Source: Rickettsiales bacterium (GTDB lineage: Bacteria > Pseudomonadota > Alphaproteobacteria > Rickettsiales > UBA1997). From it: 58,922 nucleotides of DNA. The notes beneath the pieces are model-generated. The model did not search any database and had not been told where the DNA came from. It saw only the letters and a program-made list of their open reading frames with translations. The stretch spans positions 1-58,922 of the forward strand of contig JAITSP010000026.1 in NCBI GenBank assembly GCA_031287725.1, written 5' to 3'. Below are positions 1 to 10,683 of this stretch, one piece after another. The translations under genes were made by a program, and so were the position numbers. Numbering within the stretch: the first letter of the stretch is position 1; the number at the start of each line of letters is the position of its first letter.

Positions 1-278
1 ACCTCCTTCTAATGGGTAAACCCTACCCATATTTTTTCTATTGCCAGTATAACCTATTTTTGGAGTTCTGTCAACAGAGTTTTTTGCTAGGTTTTAGATA
101 GAATTTAGGCCCCGCTGCAAATTGAGCTCCCATTAGGTTCCTTTCAGCGGCGAAGCCAGACGGGTGCTGAGAAACACTAGAGCAGCTCTACATTTGGCCT
201 AATTTGCAACGGCTCACTAGAATTTGTTTGGCAACTGAAATCCGTAGCCAGGAACTGGAACAGCACCTCGCTATTTCC

Positions 279-563
279 CTAGGAAAGGGAGTTAGGATCT
301 TCCCAGCCATCATCCTCCACGTTCAACACCCTTATCTCTCCCAGATCGGGAATATGACGTTTCAGCATATCCTCCACGACACTCCTGAGAGTTAGAGCCG
401 CCATGGGACAGCCTGTGCAGGCTCCCTCGAGCCTTACGCTGACAGTGCCATCCTCTCCATAGCCCAGGAACTCTATGTTGCCCCCATCCTCCTGGAGGAT
501 AGGCCTAACCTTTGTCCCTATCACATGTTCTATCTTCTTTTCAATTTCTAGAGTTCTATCCAT
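279..563 (-). CDS. NifU C-terminal domain / Nfu-type Fe-S cluster scaffold protein
   Basis: ORF 279..578. 'RPILQEDGGNIEFLGYGEDGTVSVRLEGACTGCPMAALTL' fits the NifU C-terminal (Nfu) CxxC scaffold pattern. Start placed at MDRTLE (563), which overlaps the rpoH stop by a few nt. Confidence 0.8.
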   Translation of the reverse strand: MDRTLEIEKKIEHVIGTKVRPILQEDGGNIEFLGYGEDGTVSVRLEGACTGCPMAALTLRSVVEDMLKRHIPDLGEIRVLNVEDDGWEDPNSLS

Positions 564-1419
564 TGGCACAGCACCCACTCCTCACATAATTTTGAATTTT
601 CCTTATGGAACCTTCCTCTATCTGTCTAATTCTCTCACCGGAGACCCCATACCTTCTACTCAACTCCTTCAGAGTATTTGGATTGTCCGACAGCCTTCTA
701 GCCCGCACAATCTCCCTCTCCCTCTCGTCCAGCAGCTCCAGACCAGTCCTAAGCATCTCTCTTCTTCTGTTGGCCTCGGTTTTACTGCAGAGCACTGCCT
801 CTGGGCCAGCATAGGGGGATGGCAGAAACTCAATCATCTCAGTGGCAGATTCTTCACTGGCGCCACTTCTTTCGTTAAGATAGACATCCTTTCTGAACAG
901 CCTGCTGTTCATATCGACAACATCGCTCTCACTGACAGCCAGAGTGTCAGCGATGTACTTCACATTCTCACCACTCAGATCCCTCTGGCCATGGCCCATT
1001 ATCCTATTCTTTATCCTGGCCAGGTTAAAGAATAATTTCTTCTGCGCTGCCGTAGTGCCTATCTTCACGAGGGACCAGCTTTTTAGAATAAAATCCTGTA
1101 TAGAGGCCATTATCCACCACATCGCATAGGTTGCCAGCCTACAGCCCCTGGAAAGATCAAAGTCCTTCACAGCCTTCATTAGACCTATGTTGCCCTCCGA
1201 TATGAGGTCCATCATCGGGAGGCCGTAATTCTTATACCTGAAGGCGATCCTGGCAACGAGCCTCAGATGACTGGAAACGAGCATCTTGGCTGCATTGAGA
1301 TCCCCTTTTTCTTTCAGCTTCGCGTAGCAGACCTCCTCCTCCAGAGTCAGCATTGGGATCCGATAGATTTCGGTCAGGTACCTAGCCAGGCCCCCTTGAC
1401 CATCTAAACTCACTAGCAT
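556..1419 (-). CDS. rpoH: RNA polymerase sigma-32 heat-shock sigma factor
   Basis: 287 aa. Sigma-70 region 2 'HLRLVARIAFRYKNYGLPMMDLISEGNIGLMKAVKDFD', the RpoH-box-like 'AQKKLFFNLARIK', and a region 4 HTH 'LKELSRRYGVSGERIRQIE'. Confidence 0.88.
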   Translation of the reverse strand: MLVSLDGQGGLARYLTEIYRIPMLTLEEEVCYAKLKEKGDLNAAKMLVSSHLRLVARIAFRYKNYGLPMMDLISEGNIGLMKAVKDFDLSRGCRLATYAMWWIMASIQDFILKSWSLVKIGTTAAQKKLFFNLARIKNRIMGHGQRDLSGENVKYIADTLAVSESDVVDMNSRLFRKDVYLNERSGASEESATEMIEFLPSPYAGPEAVLCSKTEANRRREMLRTGLELLDEREREIVRARRLSDNPNTLKELSRRYGVSGERIRQIEEGSIRKIQNYVRSGCCANG

Positions 1420-1633
1420 GATGTACTCAATCTATTATTAAAACCTGTAATTTTACCACCACCCCCCGCAGGATAACATGATTTTTTCAAAAGTAAAGGC
1501 ATAATATCTTCCCGTTCCCAGAGCCGCAGACCGCGAAACGGCCTAGCCAGCCGCGCTCTCTGGAGCTCGGCGCTCCCACTATCCTAGCTAGGGCAGCCCA
1601 GAGAAAGTCCAGAGCAGAGATACCTCTACCCCC

Positions 1634-3718
1634 CTAGCCCTTTCCTCTCTTGGCCTTTATCTCATCAGCCAGGGAGTTAGGCACCTGGTCGTATCTTTCA
1701 AAGATCATGGTGAACTGCGCTCTACCCTGGGACATGGATCTCAGTGAGTTGACATAGCCAAACATCGAAGAGAGCGGAACCACCGCTTCGATAACCTTCA
1801 CACCGCTCCGATCGCTAAGATTCCTAATCTGTCCCCTTCTGGAGTTGATGTCTCCTATTATGTCTCCCATGTAGTCCTCCGGAGTCACAACCTCCACCGC
1901 CATCATTGGCTCCAGCAGGACAGGATTAGCTCTACCAATCTCCTCCCGGAAACAGGCTCTCGCCGCTATTTCGAAGGCAAGCACAGAGGAATCCACCTCA
2001 TGGTAGGCACCATCGTAGAGCACGGCCCGAAAATCCACCATGGGGTAGCCGGCAATGACTCCCGTGTTCTTCGCAGCCTCGAAGCCCTTTTCAACCCCCG
2101 GGATATATTCCTTCGGAACTCTGCCACCTACCACCTCGCTCTTGAACTCAAAATCCGATCTATCCTCCGCCGTCTTTGGCTTAGGTTCGAATCTGACATT
2201 TATCTTTGCAAACTGGCCCGAACCTCCAGTCTGCTTCTTATGGAGGTATTCCACCTCAACGATTCTAGTGATTGTCTCCCGGTAGGCCACCTGGGGTTGG
2301 CCAATGTTCGCATCCACACCGAATTCCCTCTTCATCCTATCAATTATAATCTCCAGATGGAGCTCTCCCATCCCCTTAAGTATCGTCTGACCACTCTCGG
2401 GGTTTGTCTCCACCCGCAGAGATGGATCCTCTGCCACCAGCCTCGACAGGGCGACGCCCATCTTCTCCTGGTCGGCCTGGGTTCTAGGCTCTACGGACAC
2501 CTCTATGACCGGATCGGGAAAATCCATCCTCTCCAGAATTATACCACTGCCCTTCTCTGCCAGAGTCTCTCCGGTGGTCGTGTATTTTAGCCCCGCGAAG
2601 GCCACTATGTCCCCGGCGTAGGCCTCCTTCACATCCTCCCGATGGTTTGCGTGCATCAGCAGTATTCGGCCAATTCTCTCATTCTTGTCTTTGACAGTAT
2701 TCTCCACAATGGTGCCCGTGCTGATCATGCCCGAATAGATCCTCGCGAAGGTTATATAGCCAACGAAGGGGTCATTGGCCACCTTAAAGGCCAGTCCAAC
2801 GAAGACGCCATCGGAGCAATTCAGGAAGTATTCCTTGCCATTTTTAGTTCCATGGATGCCACCTATGTCCTGGGGGCTCGGCAGATAGTCGACCACAGCG
2901 TCCAGCAGGGGCTGCACTCCCTTGTTTCGGAAGGCTGTCCCGTTTAGCACCGGTACAAATTCATTTTTGATGGTTCCCTTCCTTATGCACCTTTTCAGAT
3001 CATCGGGGGAAATGTCCTCGCCGGCAAAATATTTTTCCATCAGTGAGTCGTCCTGCTCGACAACCATCTCTACCATTTTTTCTCTATACTCCTTTGCTCT
3101 GGCAAGCATATTGGCCGGGATCTCCCTCTCCTCGTAGGAAGCACCCTCTGTCTCATCCTCCCAGAAGAGCCATTTCATGGTTACGAGATCTATCATGCCT
3201 TCATAGGCTTCGCCGGCGCCGACGGGTAGCTGCAGAACAAGAGCTCTGGCCCCGAGGCGACTACCTATCATGTCAACGGTTCTATAGAAATCGGCTCCAA
3301 TTCTATCCATCTTATTGCAGAAGCATATCCTTGGTACGTTATACTTCGTTGCCTGGCGCCAGACGGTCTCCGACTGGGGCTCGACACCAGCCACACTGTC
3401 AAACACAGCCACAGCGCCATCCAGAACCTTTAGAGATCTCTCCACCTCGATGGTAAAGTCGACGTGCCCTGGAGTGTCTATAATGTTTATTCTATGCTTT
3501 TTCCAGAAGCAGGTTGTAGCCGCCGAGGTTATGGTGATTCCCCTCTCCTGCTCCTGGACCATCCAGTCCATGGTGGCTGCCCCATCGTGGACCTCACCAA
3601 TCTTATGGGTCTTTCCCGTGTAGAACAGAATTCTCTCCGTCGTGGTTGTTTTTCCAGCATCAATATGGGCCATTATGCCTATATTCCTATATTTATCTAT
3701 CTGAAATTCCCTTGCCAT
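1634..3718 (-). CDS. fusA: translation elongation factor G
   Basis: 694 aa. GTPase motifs [17 protein letters not shown] and NKMD, with full EF-G length. Follows rpsL-rpsG as in the str operon. Confidence 0.97.
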   Translation of the reverse strand: MAREFQIDKYRNIGIMAHIDAGKTTTTERILFYTGKTHKIGEVHDGAATMDWMVQEQERGITITSAATTCFWKKHRINIIDTPGHVDFTIEVERSLKVLDGAVAVFDSVAGVEPQSETVWRQATKYNVPRICFCNKMDRIGADFYRTVDMIGSRLGARALVLQLPVGAGEAYEGMIDLVTMKWLFWEDETEGASYEEREIPANMLARAKEYREKMVEMVVEQDDSLMEKYFAGEDISPDDLKRCIRKGTIKNEFVPVLNGTAFRNKGVQPLLDAVVDYLPSPQDIGGIHGTKNGKEYFLNCSDGVFVGLAFKVANDPFVGYITFARIYSGMISTGTIVENTVKDKNERIGRILLMHANHREDVKEAYAGDIVAFAGLKYTTTGETLAEKGSGIILERMDFPDPVIEVSVEPRTQADQEKMGVALSRLVAEDPSLRVETNPESGQTILKGMGELHLEIIIDRMKREFGVDANIGQPQVAYRETITRIVEVEYLHKKQTGGSGQFAKINVRFEPKPKTAEDRSDFEFKSEVVGGRVPKEYIPGVEKGFEAAKNTGVIAGYPMVDFRAVLYDGAYHEVDSSVLAFEIAARACFREEIGRANPVLLEPMMAVEVVTPEDYMGDIIGDINSRRGQIRNLSDRSGVKVIEAVVPLSSMFGYVNSLRSMSQGRAQFTMIFERYDQVPNSLADEIKAKRGKG

Positions 3719-3778
3719 AGCCCACTCCCCCTTTAACTATAAAACTATAAATAAATAATTCATTCTCCTCTAGGAATC

Positions 3779-4246
3779 CTACCAGCTGTAGAAAGCGAAT
3801 GCCTTGTTTGCCTCGGCCATTCTGAACACCTCTTCCTTTTTCTTGAAAGCCCAGCCCGTGCTGTTCTGGATCTCCATAAGACTCTTTAGGATCTTCTCAC
3901 TCAGCGTTTTTCCAGACTGTTTTCTTATTGCATAGGTCAGCCACTTCAGAGCCAGCGCAGTGCCCCTCCTATCGTAGACCTCCACCGGGATCTGGTAGGT
4001 GGCACCGCCGATTCTTCGGGGTCTAACCTCTATCTTAGGAGTAATTCTTTCGACCAACTCGGTGAACAGCTCCACCGGGTCCCTCTTTAGCTTGTCTCCA
4101 ACGTCAGCCAGGGCGCTGTAGACAGCCTTTTCCGCTATTGCCTTCTTACCCTCCAGCATGACATAGTTTATAAATCTCGCCACCAGCACATCGCCGTACC
4201 TGGCATCGGGCATTACCGCCCTCTTAACCGCAACTCTCCGTCTCAT
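3779..4246 (-). CDS. rpsG: 30S ribosomal protein S7
   Basis: 155 aa. 'RPRRIGGATYQIPVEV' S7 signature, positioned between rpsL and fusA. Confidence 0.97.
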   Translation of the reverse strand: MRRRVAVKRAVMPDARYGDVLVARFINYVMLEGKKAIAEKAVYSALADVGDKLKRDPVELFTELVERITPKIEVRPRRIGGATYQIPVEVYDRRGTALALKWLTYAIRKQSGKTLSEKILKSLMEIQNSTGWAFKKKEEVFRMAEANKAFAFYSW

Positions 4247-4286
4247 AGGGATGTACTCCTCTGATCATATTCACACATACACTTCC

Positions 4287-4658
4287 TCACTTAGGTTTTT
4301 TAACTCCATACCTGGACCGGGCCTGTTTCCTATTCTTAACCCCCTGGGTATCCATGGATCCTCTGATTATATGGTATCTCACGCCCGGCAGATCCTTTAC
4401 CCTTCCGCCCCGGATCATGACAACACTGTGCTCCTGGAGATTATGGCCCTCTCCGGGTATGTAGGCTACCACCTCGTTACCATTTGACAACTTGACCCTT
4501 GCCACCTTCCGCAGTGCGGAGTTTGGCTTCTTCGGCGTCATGGTAGAGACCTTTAGACATACCCCTCTCGTCTGGGGACAGTGCTCTAGGGCCGGCACCT
4601 TGTTCTTGACGACCTTAGGCTTCCTACTCCTTCTCACCAGCTGATTAATCGTTGGCAT
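4287..4658 (-). CDS. rpsL: 30S ribosomal protein S12
   Basis: 123 aa. 'MPTINQLVR...[13 protein letters not shown]...[15 protein letters not shown]' is a typical S12 sequence. Confidence 0.97.
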   Translation of the reverse strand: MPTINQLVRRSRKPKVVKNKVPALEHCPQTRGVCLKVSTMTPKKPNSALRKVARVKLSNGNEVVAYIPGEGHNLQEHSVVMIRGGRVKDLPGVRYHIIRGSMDTQGVKNRKQARSRYGVKKPK

Positions 4659-5078
4659 TAACTCTTCCTAAACAAATTTTACTAAAAAACACGCCCACTT
4701 CCTCGGTCCGGAAAATCTCCAGCGGATTACCGTGCCCGGGCTCGCCTATCCTACAGATAGCTAATTATTTTGCAATATGCTAGAACAGGCAGGTTGGAGG
4801 ATCTCTAGGGGTTCAGAGCCTGGGGGATAAATCCATAGCACTCCGCCAAATGCCCTGTCCCATTCTCTCTATTTTTTCAGAGTAGCATCAATTTTTCTGC
4901 CTGGAATTGTCAGGGGAATTTCTCTGGGCAGACTACAAATTTCTCTCTGACCGTTCCCTCCCGGTCCTTCCAGCTGAACACGGTTCCCTAGCCAGCGGAT
5001 CCCCTAACATTTTACTTGCCTTATATAAACCTTTCTTCTATAGTTGGCCTAGATTTTGGAATTATAATGAATTTTCCA

Positions 5079-5795
5079 ATGGTTCGAAGCTCTGGAAGAA
5101 AGCCCGACCAACTCAGGGAGTTAGACATACAGGTGGCCATAAATAAGTATGCTGAGGGTTCCTGCATGATCTGCTGCGGGGATACCCAGGTTATATGTAC
5201 GGCCACGGTGGATGAGAAAGTGCCACAGTTCATCCGGGGTAGATCTGAGGGGTGGGTCACTGCAGAGTATAGCATGATTCCCAGATCGACGGGAACCAGA
5301 GTTTCTAGAGACAGGGACAAGCCAAATTCCAGATCCCTGGAGATCCAGAGACTCATCGGCAGGTCCCTGAGGACCGCTGTGGATATGAGAAAATTGGGTG
5401 TTCGGCAGCTGGTGGTGGATTGTGATGTGATCCAGGCGGATGGAGGCACCCGCTGCGCCTCCGTGACGGGTGGTTTTGTGGCCATGTATCTGGCTCTGGC
5501 CGAACTGGTGAGAAGAGGCACCCTAGCGGAGAGTCCCATCACAAATTTTGTAGCTGCCGTGTCCTGTGGGATCTGTGGTGGGAATACCCTGCTAGACCTG
5601 GACTACGAGGAGGACAGCGGCAGTGACGCGGATGTAAATTTTGTCATGAATGACAGAGACGAGATAGTGGAAATCCAAGGCACAGCCGAAAAATCTCCTT
5701 TCCCCTTTTCGAGATTGGCGGAGCTCTCCGGACTGGCCTCGGGCGCCATAAAAAAGCTTATCCATAGACAGAGGGAGGCGCTGGGGCTCCTATGA
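5079..5795 (+). CDS. rph: ribonuclease PH
   Basis: 'MVRSSGRKPDQLRELDIQV..YAEGSCMICCGDTQVICTATV' and 'DCDVIQADGGTRCASVTGG' are RNase PH motifs. Start moved from the ORF-track 5016 to the homologous MVRSSGR (5079). Confidence 0.9.
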   Translation: MVRSSGRKPDQLRELDIQVAINKYAEGSCMICCGDTQVICTATVDEKVPQFIRGRSEGWVTAEYSMIPRSTGTRVSRDRDKPNSRSLEIQRLIGRSLRTAVDMRKLGVRQLVVDCDVIQADGGTRCASVTGGFVAMYLALAELVRRGTLAESPITNFVAAVSCGICGGNTLLDLDYEEDSGSDADVNFVMNDRDEIVEIQGTAEKSPFPFSRLAELSGLASGAIKKLIHRQREALGLL

Positions 5796-6565
5796 CAGGC
5801 GGAAAGCATAGAATCTACGACAGTGAGGATTTCGCTAAACTCAGACTGGCTGGAAGGTTGGCTGCCAGGACCCTGGACCGGGTAGCTGAGTTTGTAGGGG
5901 AGGGTGTGACGACTCTGGAGCTGAGTAACATCTGCGATGAGTTCATCAGTGCCCAGGGGGGAATAGCTGCCTGTCGGGGCTATAGAGGATTCCCCGAACC
6001 TGTCTGCATATCGGTCAACCACGTTGTCTGCCACGGCATTCCAAGTGACAAAAAAGTCCTGAGGGAGGGCGACATACTTAACATAGACGTCACAGTCATT
6101 CTCGACGGCTACTACGGCGATACCAGTAGAATGTTCTACGTTGCTACACCCAGTCTGAAGGCTCGAAGGCTCTGTGAGGTTGCCCAGAAATCACTGATGA
6201 TCGGCATAGAGCAGGCTAAGCCTGGCAACCACACCGGTGACATCGGTTTCGCCATAGAGAGCTTTGTGGAGGGAGAGGGCTTCTCCGTTGTGAGGGACTA
6301 CTGTGGCCACGGCACAGGGAAAGTATTTCACGACAGCAGCCTCCAGATATGTCATTTTGGTAGGAAGGGGACCGGTGATCTGATCGAAGAGGGCATGGTC
6401 TTTACCATAGAGCCGATGGTAAACGCCGGAGACTACAGGACGACCCTGAACAGGATTGACGGCTGGACGGTGACCACCCGGGATAAGAGTCTGTCGGCCC
6501 AGTTTGAACATACCCTCGGCATCACCAGAGATGGTGCGGAGATATTTACCGTTTCAGACGACTAG
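5792..6565 (+). CDS. map: type I methionine aminopeptidase
   Basis: 257 aa. 'VCHGIPS', 'DVTVILDGYYGDTSRMF', 'CGHGTGKVFHD', 'FTIEPM' and 'QFEHT' cover the MetAP metal-ligand motifs. ATGA overlap with the rph stop. Confidence 0.93.
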   Translation: MTGGKHRIYDSEDFAKLRLAGRLAARTLDRVAEFVGEGVTTLELSNICDEFISAQGGIAACRGYRGFPEPVCISVNHVVCHGIPSDKKVLREGDILNIDVTVILDGYYGDTSRMFYVATPSLKARRLCEVAQKSLMIGIEQAKPGNHTGDIGFAIESFVEGEGFSVVRDYCGHGTGKVFHDSSLQICHFGRKGTGDLIEEGMVFTIEPMVNAGDYRTTLNRIDGWTVTTRDKSLSAQFEHTLGITRDGAEIFTVSDD

Positions 6566-6678
6566 CCCGCTGCCTCCCTCTGCGGAGGAGACATCATCCC
6601 ACATCTCACTATGATTTTCTATTCTGAACTCTAACTATCAGCTCTCCGACCGCTGGGCCGAAGGGTAGCGGCCTCCCT

Positions 6679-7296
6679 CTACTTCCGGTAGACCCAGACC
6701 TTGATACCTATGACGCCATAGCTGCACATGGCCTCGGTGCGAGCATAGTTGACACTTGCCCTCAGAGTGTGGAGCGGAATGGAGCCCTCCCGGTAGGTCT
6801 CAGTGCGGGCAATGTCTACGCCGTTCAGTCGACCGGAGACCTTGATCTTAACTCCCAGAGCTCCATATTTCATGACATTCTGAATTGCCTTCTTCACAAC
6901 CCTCTTGAAGGCAGCTCTGTTCTCTATCTGTCTAGCTATATTTTGACCTATGAGCTCGGCGTCCAGATCAGGTTTCTCGACCTCCACTATCCTGACCATC
7001 ACATCCCTCTCCTTCATGGTGCTCTGTATGTACTTCTTGATTTTCTCTATGTCTGCCCCTCTCTTACCGATGATGACACCCGGCCTGGCGGTTCTTATCA
7101 GAACCACCAGTCGGTCACTCGTTCGCTCCGTGGACACTCTGGAGATGAAGCAGTTTTTAAAATTTTTAAGTATGTAGTCCCCTATCCTCAGGTCCTTTAT
7201 GAAATTGCTCCTATAGTTACGATCATCACACCACGTGGATGTCCAGTTATTATTCAGTGCTAGTCTAAAACAAACTGGATCTACCTTCTGCCCCAT
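6679..7296 (-). CDS. rpsC: 30S ribosomal protein S3
   Basis: 205 aa. 'MGQKVDPVCFRL' N-terminus, a KH domain, and 'LGVKIKVSGRLNGVDIARTE'. Confidence 0.95.
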   Translation of the reverse strand: MGQKVDPVCFRLALNNNWTSTWCDDRNYRSNFIKDLRIGDYILKNFKNCFISRVSTERTSDRLVVLIRTARPGVIIGKRGADIEKIKKYIQSTMKERDVMVRIVEVEKPDLDAELIGQNIARQIENRAAFKRVVKKAIQNVMKYGALGVKIKVSGRLNGVDIARTETYREGSIPLHTLRASVNYARTEAMCSYGVIGIKVWVYRK

Positions 7297-7297
7297 A

Positions 7298-7654
7298 CTA
7301 AACCCCCTCTAGTTCGGTTAAAATAATTCTGACATGACTAAATGGCTTCATAACCCTGGATCCTCTGCCCTTAGCTCGAGGTCGAGATCTCCTCAGAGCA
7401 AATGCCTTTCCCGTGTCGATCCTGTGGATCATAAGCCTGTCCATATCCATCCCGTGATTATTCTCAGCATTGGCTATGGCTGATCTTAGCAGCTTCCTCA
7501 GTGGAGAGGCGAGCCTCACCCTGCAGAAATCCAGCTGTACCATCGCCTTCCCCACGGGCAGGCCCCGAATGCTTCCCACCAGCCGGTTGAGCTTCGTCAT
7601 GCCGCCTCTCAGATTTCCGAGATAGGCCTCCGCATATTTTTTTTCTTCACTCAT
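7298..7654 (-). CDS. rplV: 50S ribosomal protein L22
   Basis: 118 aa with an L22-like sequence ('RGLPVGKAMVQLDF', 'RSRPRAKGRGSRVMKPFSHV'), in the conserved position between rpsS and rpsC. Confidence 0.93.
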   Translation of the reverse strand: MSEEKKYAEAYLGNLRGGMTKLNRLVGSIRGLPVGKAMVQLDFCRVRLASPLRKLLRSAIANAENNHGMDMDRLMIHRIDTGKAFALRRSRPRAKGRGSRVMKPFSHVRIILTELEGV

Positions 7655-7675
7655 AGAACTTTTCCATTGATCCTA

Positions 7676-7963
7676 TCACTTACTATCCTTTGCGTCCACC
7701 TTCCTGTTGCCACTGTGGCCGCGGAACGTTCTGCTAGGGGCAAATTCACCAAATTTATGCCCCACCATATCCTCGGACACCAGAACGGGCACAAATTTTT
7801 TCCCATTGTGGACAGCAAAGCTGAGCCCCACAAACTGTGGCAATATGGTTGACCTTCTGGACCAGGTCCTCACCACCGGTTTCTTTGGATCTATAGAGGC
7901 CAACTTAGCCTTCCTAATCAGGTATCCATCAACGAAGGGGATTTTCCAAACCGATCTTGTCAT
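7676..7963 (-). CDS. rpsS: 30S ribosomal protein S19
   Basis: 95 aa. '[33 protein letters not shown]' is the S19 signature. Confidence 0.96.
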   Translation of the reverse strand: MTRSVWKIPFVDGYLIRKAKLASIDPKKPVVRTWSRRSTILPQFVGLSFAVHNGKKFVPVLVSEDMVGHKFGEFAPSRTFRGHSGNRKVDAKDSK

Positions 7964-7973
7964 ATTCTATTTC

Positions 7974-8798
7974 CTACTCCTTATGACGACTTTTTATTAT
8001 AAATCTGTTAGTTGGGTTATTCTTTCTGCGAGTTCTACCACCCCTAGCACAGAGCCCTGTCGGAGAAACTGGGTTTCTCCCTCCTCTGGTCCTACCACCA
8101 TGGGGATGGTCAACGGGGTTCATAGCCTCTCCTCTCACACTAGGCCTTTTGCCAAGCCATCTGCTTCTGCCAGCCTTACCCAACTTCTCATTCTTCCTAT
8201 CCGGATTGCTTACGGGACCGACGGTGGCCAGACAGTCCAGTGGGAATTTTCTAGTTTCCCCAGACTGGAGCCGAACGATGGCGTAGCCCTCGTCCTTGCC
8301 GGCCAACTGGGCAAAGGTCCCAGCACTCCTGGTGACCTTACCGCCGGCACCAGGCTTATTCTCTATGTTATGTATGAATGTGCCGACAGGCATAGCCATC
8401 AGCGGCATAGCATTTCCTGGCTTTATGTCTAGCAGCTTTCTTGAGGAGGCAATCATATCCCCCACCTTTAGACCCTCAGGAGCCAGTATGTAGGAATATA
8501 TGCCATCTGCGTACTTCACCAGCGCTATGAAGGCACTTCTGTTTGGATCGTACTCCAGCCTCTCGACCGTAGCCAGAATGTCATACCTGTTCCTTTTGAA
8601 ATCCACCACTCTATAGGTCTGTCTGTGGCCACCACCCCTTCGGCGCACCGTGATGTGGCCATAGTTGTTGCGACCAGCCTTGCTATTATTTTGTCGAGTC
8701 AGCATCTTGAGTGGATCCCCCTTCCAGAGACCTTCTCTGCTGATCAACTTTAGCCCCCGGGTCGATTTTGTAACGGGTTTAAAATTTTTTATCGCCAT
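7974..8798 (-). CDS. rplB: 50S ribosomal protein L2
   Basis: 274 aa. '[18 protein letters not shown]' and '[11 protein letters not shown]' are L2 motifs. Confidence 0.97.
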   Translation of the reverse strand: MAIKNFKPVTKSTRGLKLISREGLWKGDPLKMLTRQNNSKAGRNNYGHITVRRRGGGHRQTYRVVDFKRNRYDILATVERLEYDPNRSAFIALVKYADGIYSYILAPEGLKVGDMIASSRKLLDIKPGNAMPLMAMPVGTFIHNIENKPGAGGKVTRSAGTFAQLAGKDEGYAIVRLQSGETRKFPLDCLATVGPVSNPDRKNEKLGKAGRSRWLGKRPSVRGEAMNPVDHPHGGRTRGGRNPVSPTGLCARGGRTRRKNNPTNRFIIKSRHKE

Positions 8799-8806
8799 AC
8801 TATACC

Positions 8807-9106
8807 CTATTTCACCTCTAACTTTGTTAGATCCAGCTGCTGTCCCTTACTCAGAGTGACTATGGCCTTCTTTCGGGAACTCCTCAAACCCTTTGTCCCC
8901 TTATATCTCTTTACCTTTCCGGCGACCGTAGAAATATTGACCCTAGCGACTCCAAAGCCAAAAATGGTCTCCACCGCCTTCTTTACCTCGGCCTTGGTGG
9001 CACTGGGAACAACCTCCAGCACTATTTTACCATCAGCCATCTGCAGATTCGTCTTCTCCGTAACTACAGTCGAAACCACAATGTCATAGATACGTCCCAG
9101 CGTCAT
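8807..9106 (-). CDS. rplW: 50S ribosomal protein L23
   Basis: 99 aa, L23-like ('[21 protein letters not shown]'), in the conserved slot between rplD and rplB. Confidence 0.93.
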   Translation of the reverse strand: MTLGRIYDIVVSTVVTEKTNLQMADGKIVLEVVPSATKAEVKKAVETIFGFGVARVNISTVAGKVKRYKGTKGLRSSRKKAIVTLSKGQQLDLTKLEVK

Positions 9107-9726
9107 CCCAGCACCTCCCTAAGGTTATTCAAAAGCTTTCTATCCAGAAGAAGATAGTCAAAATTCAGAATGTCAAAGACATTCAGCGCCCCAATGGGAA
9201 GGCTCTTATAGTTGAAAAGGTTCCGCAGAGACAGGAAAAAGCTTCTGTAGCCTCCATCGCAGGCCACCAGTGCTCTTCCTATGTTCCTAGTGTGGAGCTT
9301 TTTTTCCAACTTTCTCGTACTCAGCTCAAGATTTTCCATTCCATCAATGAGAATCACCCTATTATCCCTAAGTTTCTCTCTAATGACGAACCTCAGCGCC
9401 CCAGCCACGATTTTTTTAGGAATCGAGTAGCTAAAATCTCTCGGCTGTGGACCGAAGCAGGTACGGCCTCCGACAAACTGCACAGCCCGCCTGGAGCCAT
9501 GCCTCGCACCCCCACTTCCCTTCTGCCTCACTATTTTCCTTGTGGAGCCCGACACCTCAGCCATAAGCTTCGTCTTAGCGGTGCCAGACCTGGCTCTAGC
9601 CAACTGCCATTTAACAACAGCGGGCACGCAGCCCTTCCCAGCCTGGGAGGCTAGATCGACATCCTCCATCTCATCCCAGCTCTCCTCCATGCTATCTAAA
9701 TTTAAGACCAACAGCTGCATAACCAT
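9103..9726 (-). CDS. rplD: 50S ribosomal protein L4
   Basis: 207 aa. 'RKIVRQKGSGGARHGSRRAVQFVGG' L4 motif. 4-nt overlap with rplW. Confidence 0.95.
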   Translation of the reverse strand: MVMQLLVLNLDSMEESWDEMEDVDLASQAGKGCVPAVVKWQLARARSGTAKTKLMAEVSGSTRKIVRQKGSGGARHGSRRAVQFVGGRTCFGPQPRDFSYSIPKKIVAGALRFVIREKLRDNRVILIDGMENLELSTRKLEKKLHTRNIGRALVACDGGYRSFFLSLRNLFNYKSLPIGALNVFDILNFDYLLLDRKLLNNLREVLG

Positions 9727-9727
9727 C

Positions 9728-10363
9728 CTATCCGTTCGAGTTCCTAATTATTAGCTCTGCCCCTTTAAATCCCGGTACAGCACCCCTGACGCAGAGAATC
9801 GAATTCTCAGGCTCTACCCTAACTATCTCCAGATTCTTGACAGTCACCCTTTCAAAGCCCATGTGACCTGCCATTTTCTTACCCTTAAAGACCTTTCCCT
9901 CTCTTCGGCGGCTACCTGTGCCCCCCAGAGACCTGTGGGACAGAGAACTACCATGCTGGGCCAGCTGTCCCTGGAAACCAAATCTCTTTACGGCGCCGGC
10001 AAAGCCCTTTCCCTTAGAGATTCCGATCACATCCACCTTACTATTCTGCTTTAGCTGCTCAATTCCCCAGAAACTCCCGACGGGCAGTTCCTTCCCCTTC
10101 TCAACCTTGAAGGTTCTCATGGAGTCGTAGGCCTCCAGCCCCTTCTTCCTATAGAAGCCTAGCACCGCCTTGCCTATCCTCCTCTCTGTCTTTCCGTCCT
10201 TCCCGTAGGAGAGGGTCACCTGGCTAAAGTCTCTACCTTCGCAAGCTCTAAAGCCACTCACCAGACTCTCATAGACCCTTATCAGGGTCACCGGCACGGC
10301 AGCGCCGCCCTCACTGTAGAGTCTAGTCATACCTAACTTTTTTCCAATAACCGCTATCACCAC
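9728..10363 (-). CDS. rplC: 50S ribosomal protein L3
   Basis: 211 aa. '[11 protein letters not shown]' and '[17 protein letters not shown]' are L3 motifs. Confidence 0.96.
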   Translation of the reverse strand: MVIAVIGKKLGMTRLYSEGGAAVPVTLIRVYESLVSGFRACEGRDFSQVTLSYGKDGKTERRIGKAVLGFYRKKGLEAYDSMRTFKVEKGKELPVGSFWGIEQLKQNSKVDVIGISKGKGFAGAVKRFGFQGQLAQHGSSLSHRSLGGTGSRRREGKVFKGKKMAGHMGFERVTVKNLEIVRVEPENSILCVRGAVPGFKGAELIIRNSNG

Positions 10364-10683
10364 TATTCACCTCCATTGAGAGAAATCTTGATATTCACAC
10401 CAGCCGATAGATTCAATTTCATCAGTGCCTCCACCGTCTGCGGGGTTGGCATTATTATCAGCAACCTTTTCAGAGACTTTATCTCATACTGCTCCATACT
10501 CCTCTTATATACATGGGGCGACCTGATGACCGTGAATTTCTTCCTATTCACCGGCAGCGGTATGGGACCAGCCACCCTGGCACCCGTTCTCTTCACAGTG
10601 CCAACTATCTCCTGGACGGCCCGATCAAGAACGCCAGCATCAAATGCCTTCAGAACAATCCTAATTCCTTCTTTGCCTTTCAT
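10363..10683 (-). CDS. rpsJ: 30S ribosomal protein S10
   Basis: 106 aa. 'IRIVLKAFD...[15 protein letters not shown]...[18 protein letters not shown]' is a typical S10 sequence. First gene of the S10 cluster. Confidence 0.96.
   Translation of the reverse strand: MKGKEGIRIVLKAFDAGVLDRAVQEIVGTVKRTGARVAGPIPLPVNRKKFTVIRSPHVYKRSMEQYEIKSLKRLLIIMPTPQTVEALMKLNLSAGVNIKISLNGGE

Noticed and set aside
1-16. The window opens with 'ACCTCCTTCTAATGGG'. This resembles the 3' terminus of 16S rRNA (…GGATCACCTCCTTTCTAAGG…), as if the contig began at the end of an rRNA gene.
   Set aside because: Only about 10 nt are available and one T of the usual CCTTTCT is missing. The same bases read on the other strand are just a Shine-Dalgarno-like AGGAGGT. 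This cannot be supported as an rRNA feature from the window alone.
475-1035. Long ORFs antisense to well-supported genes: 475..1035 (opposite rpoH), 5021..5542 (opposite rph), 7707..8432 (opposite rplB/rpsS), 39083..39793 (opposite dnaJ), 51970..52572 (opposite rpsO), 10942..11502 and 12755..13273 (opposite the kinase paralogs).
   Set aside because: Their translations are low-complexity (S/L/P/R-rich) with no recognisable motifs. The opposite strand in each case encodes a protein with clear family signatures. These are typical shadow ORFs.
1601-1610. 'GAGAAAGTCC' resembles the conserved GAGGAAAGTCC of RNase P RNA.
   Set aside because: The whole intergenic region (1420-1633) is only about 214 nt, and the other conserved RNase P elements are not present around it.
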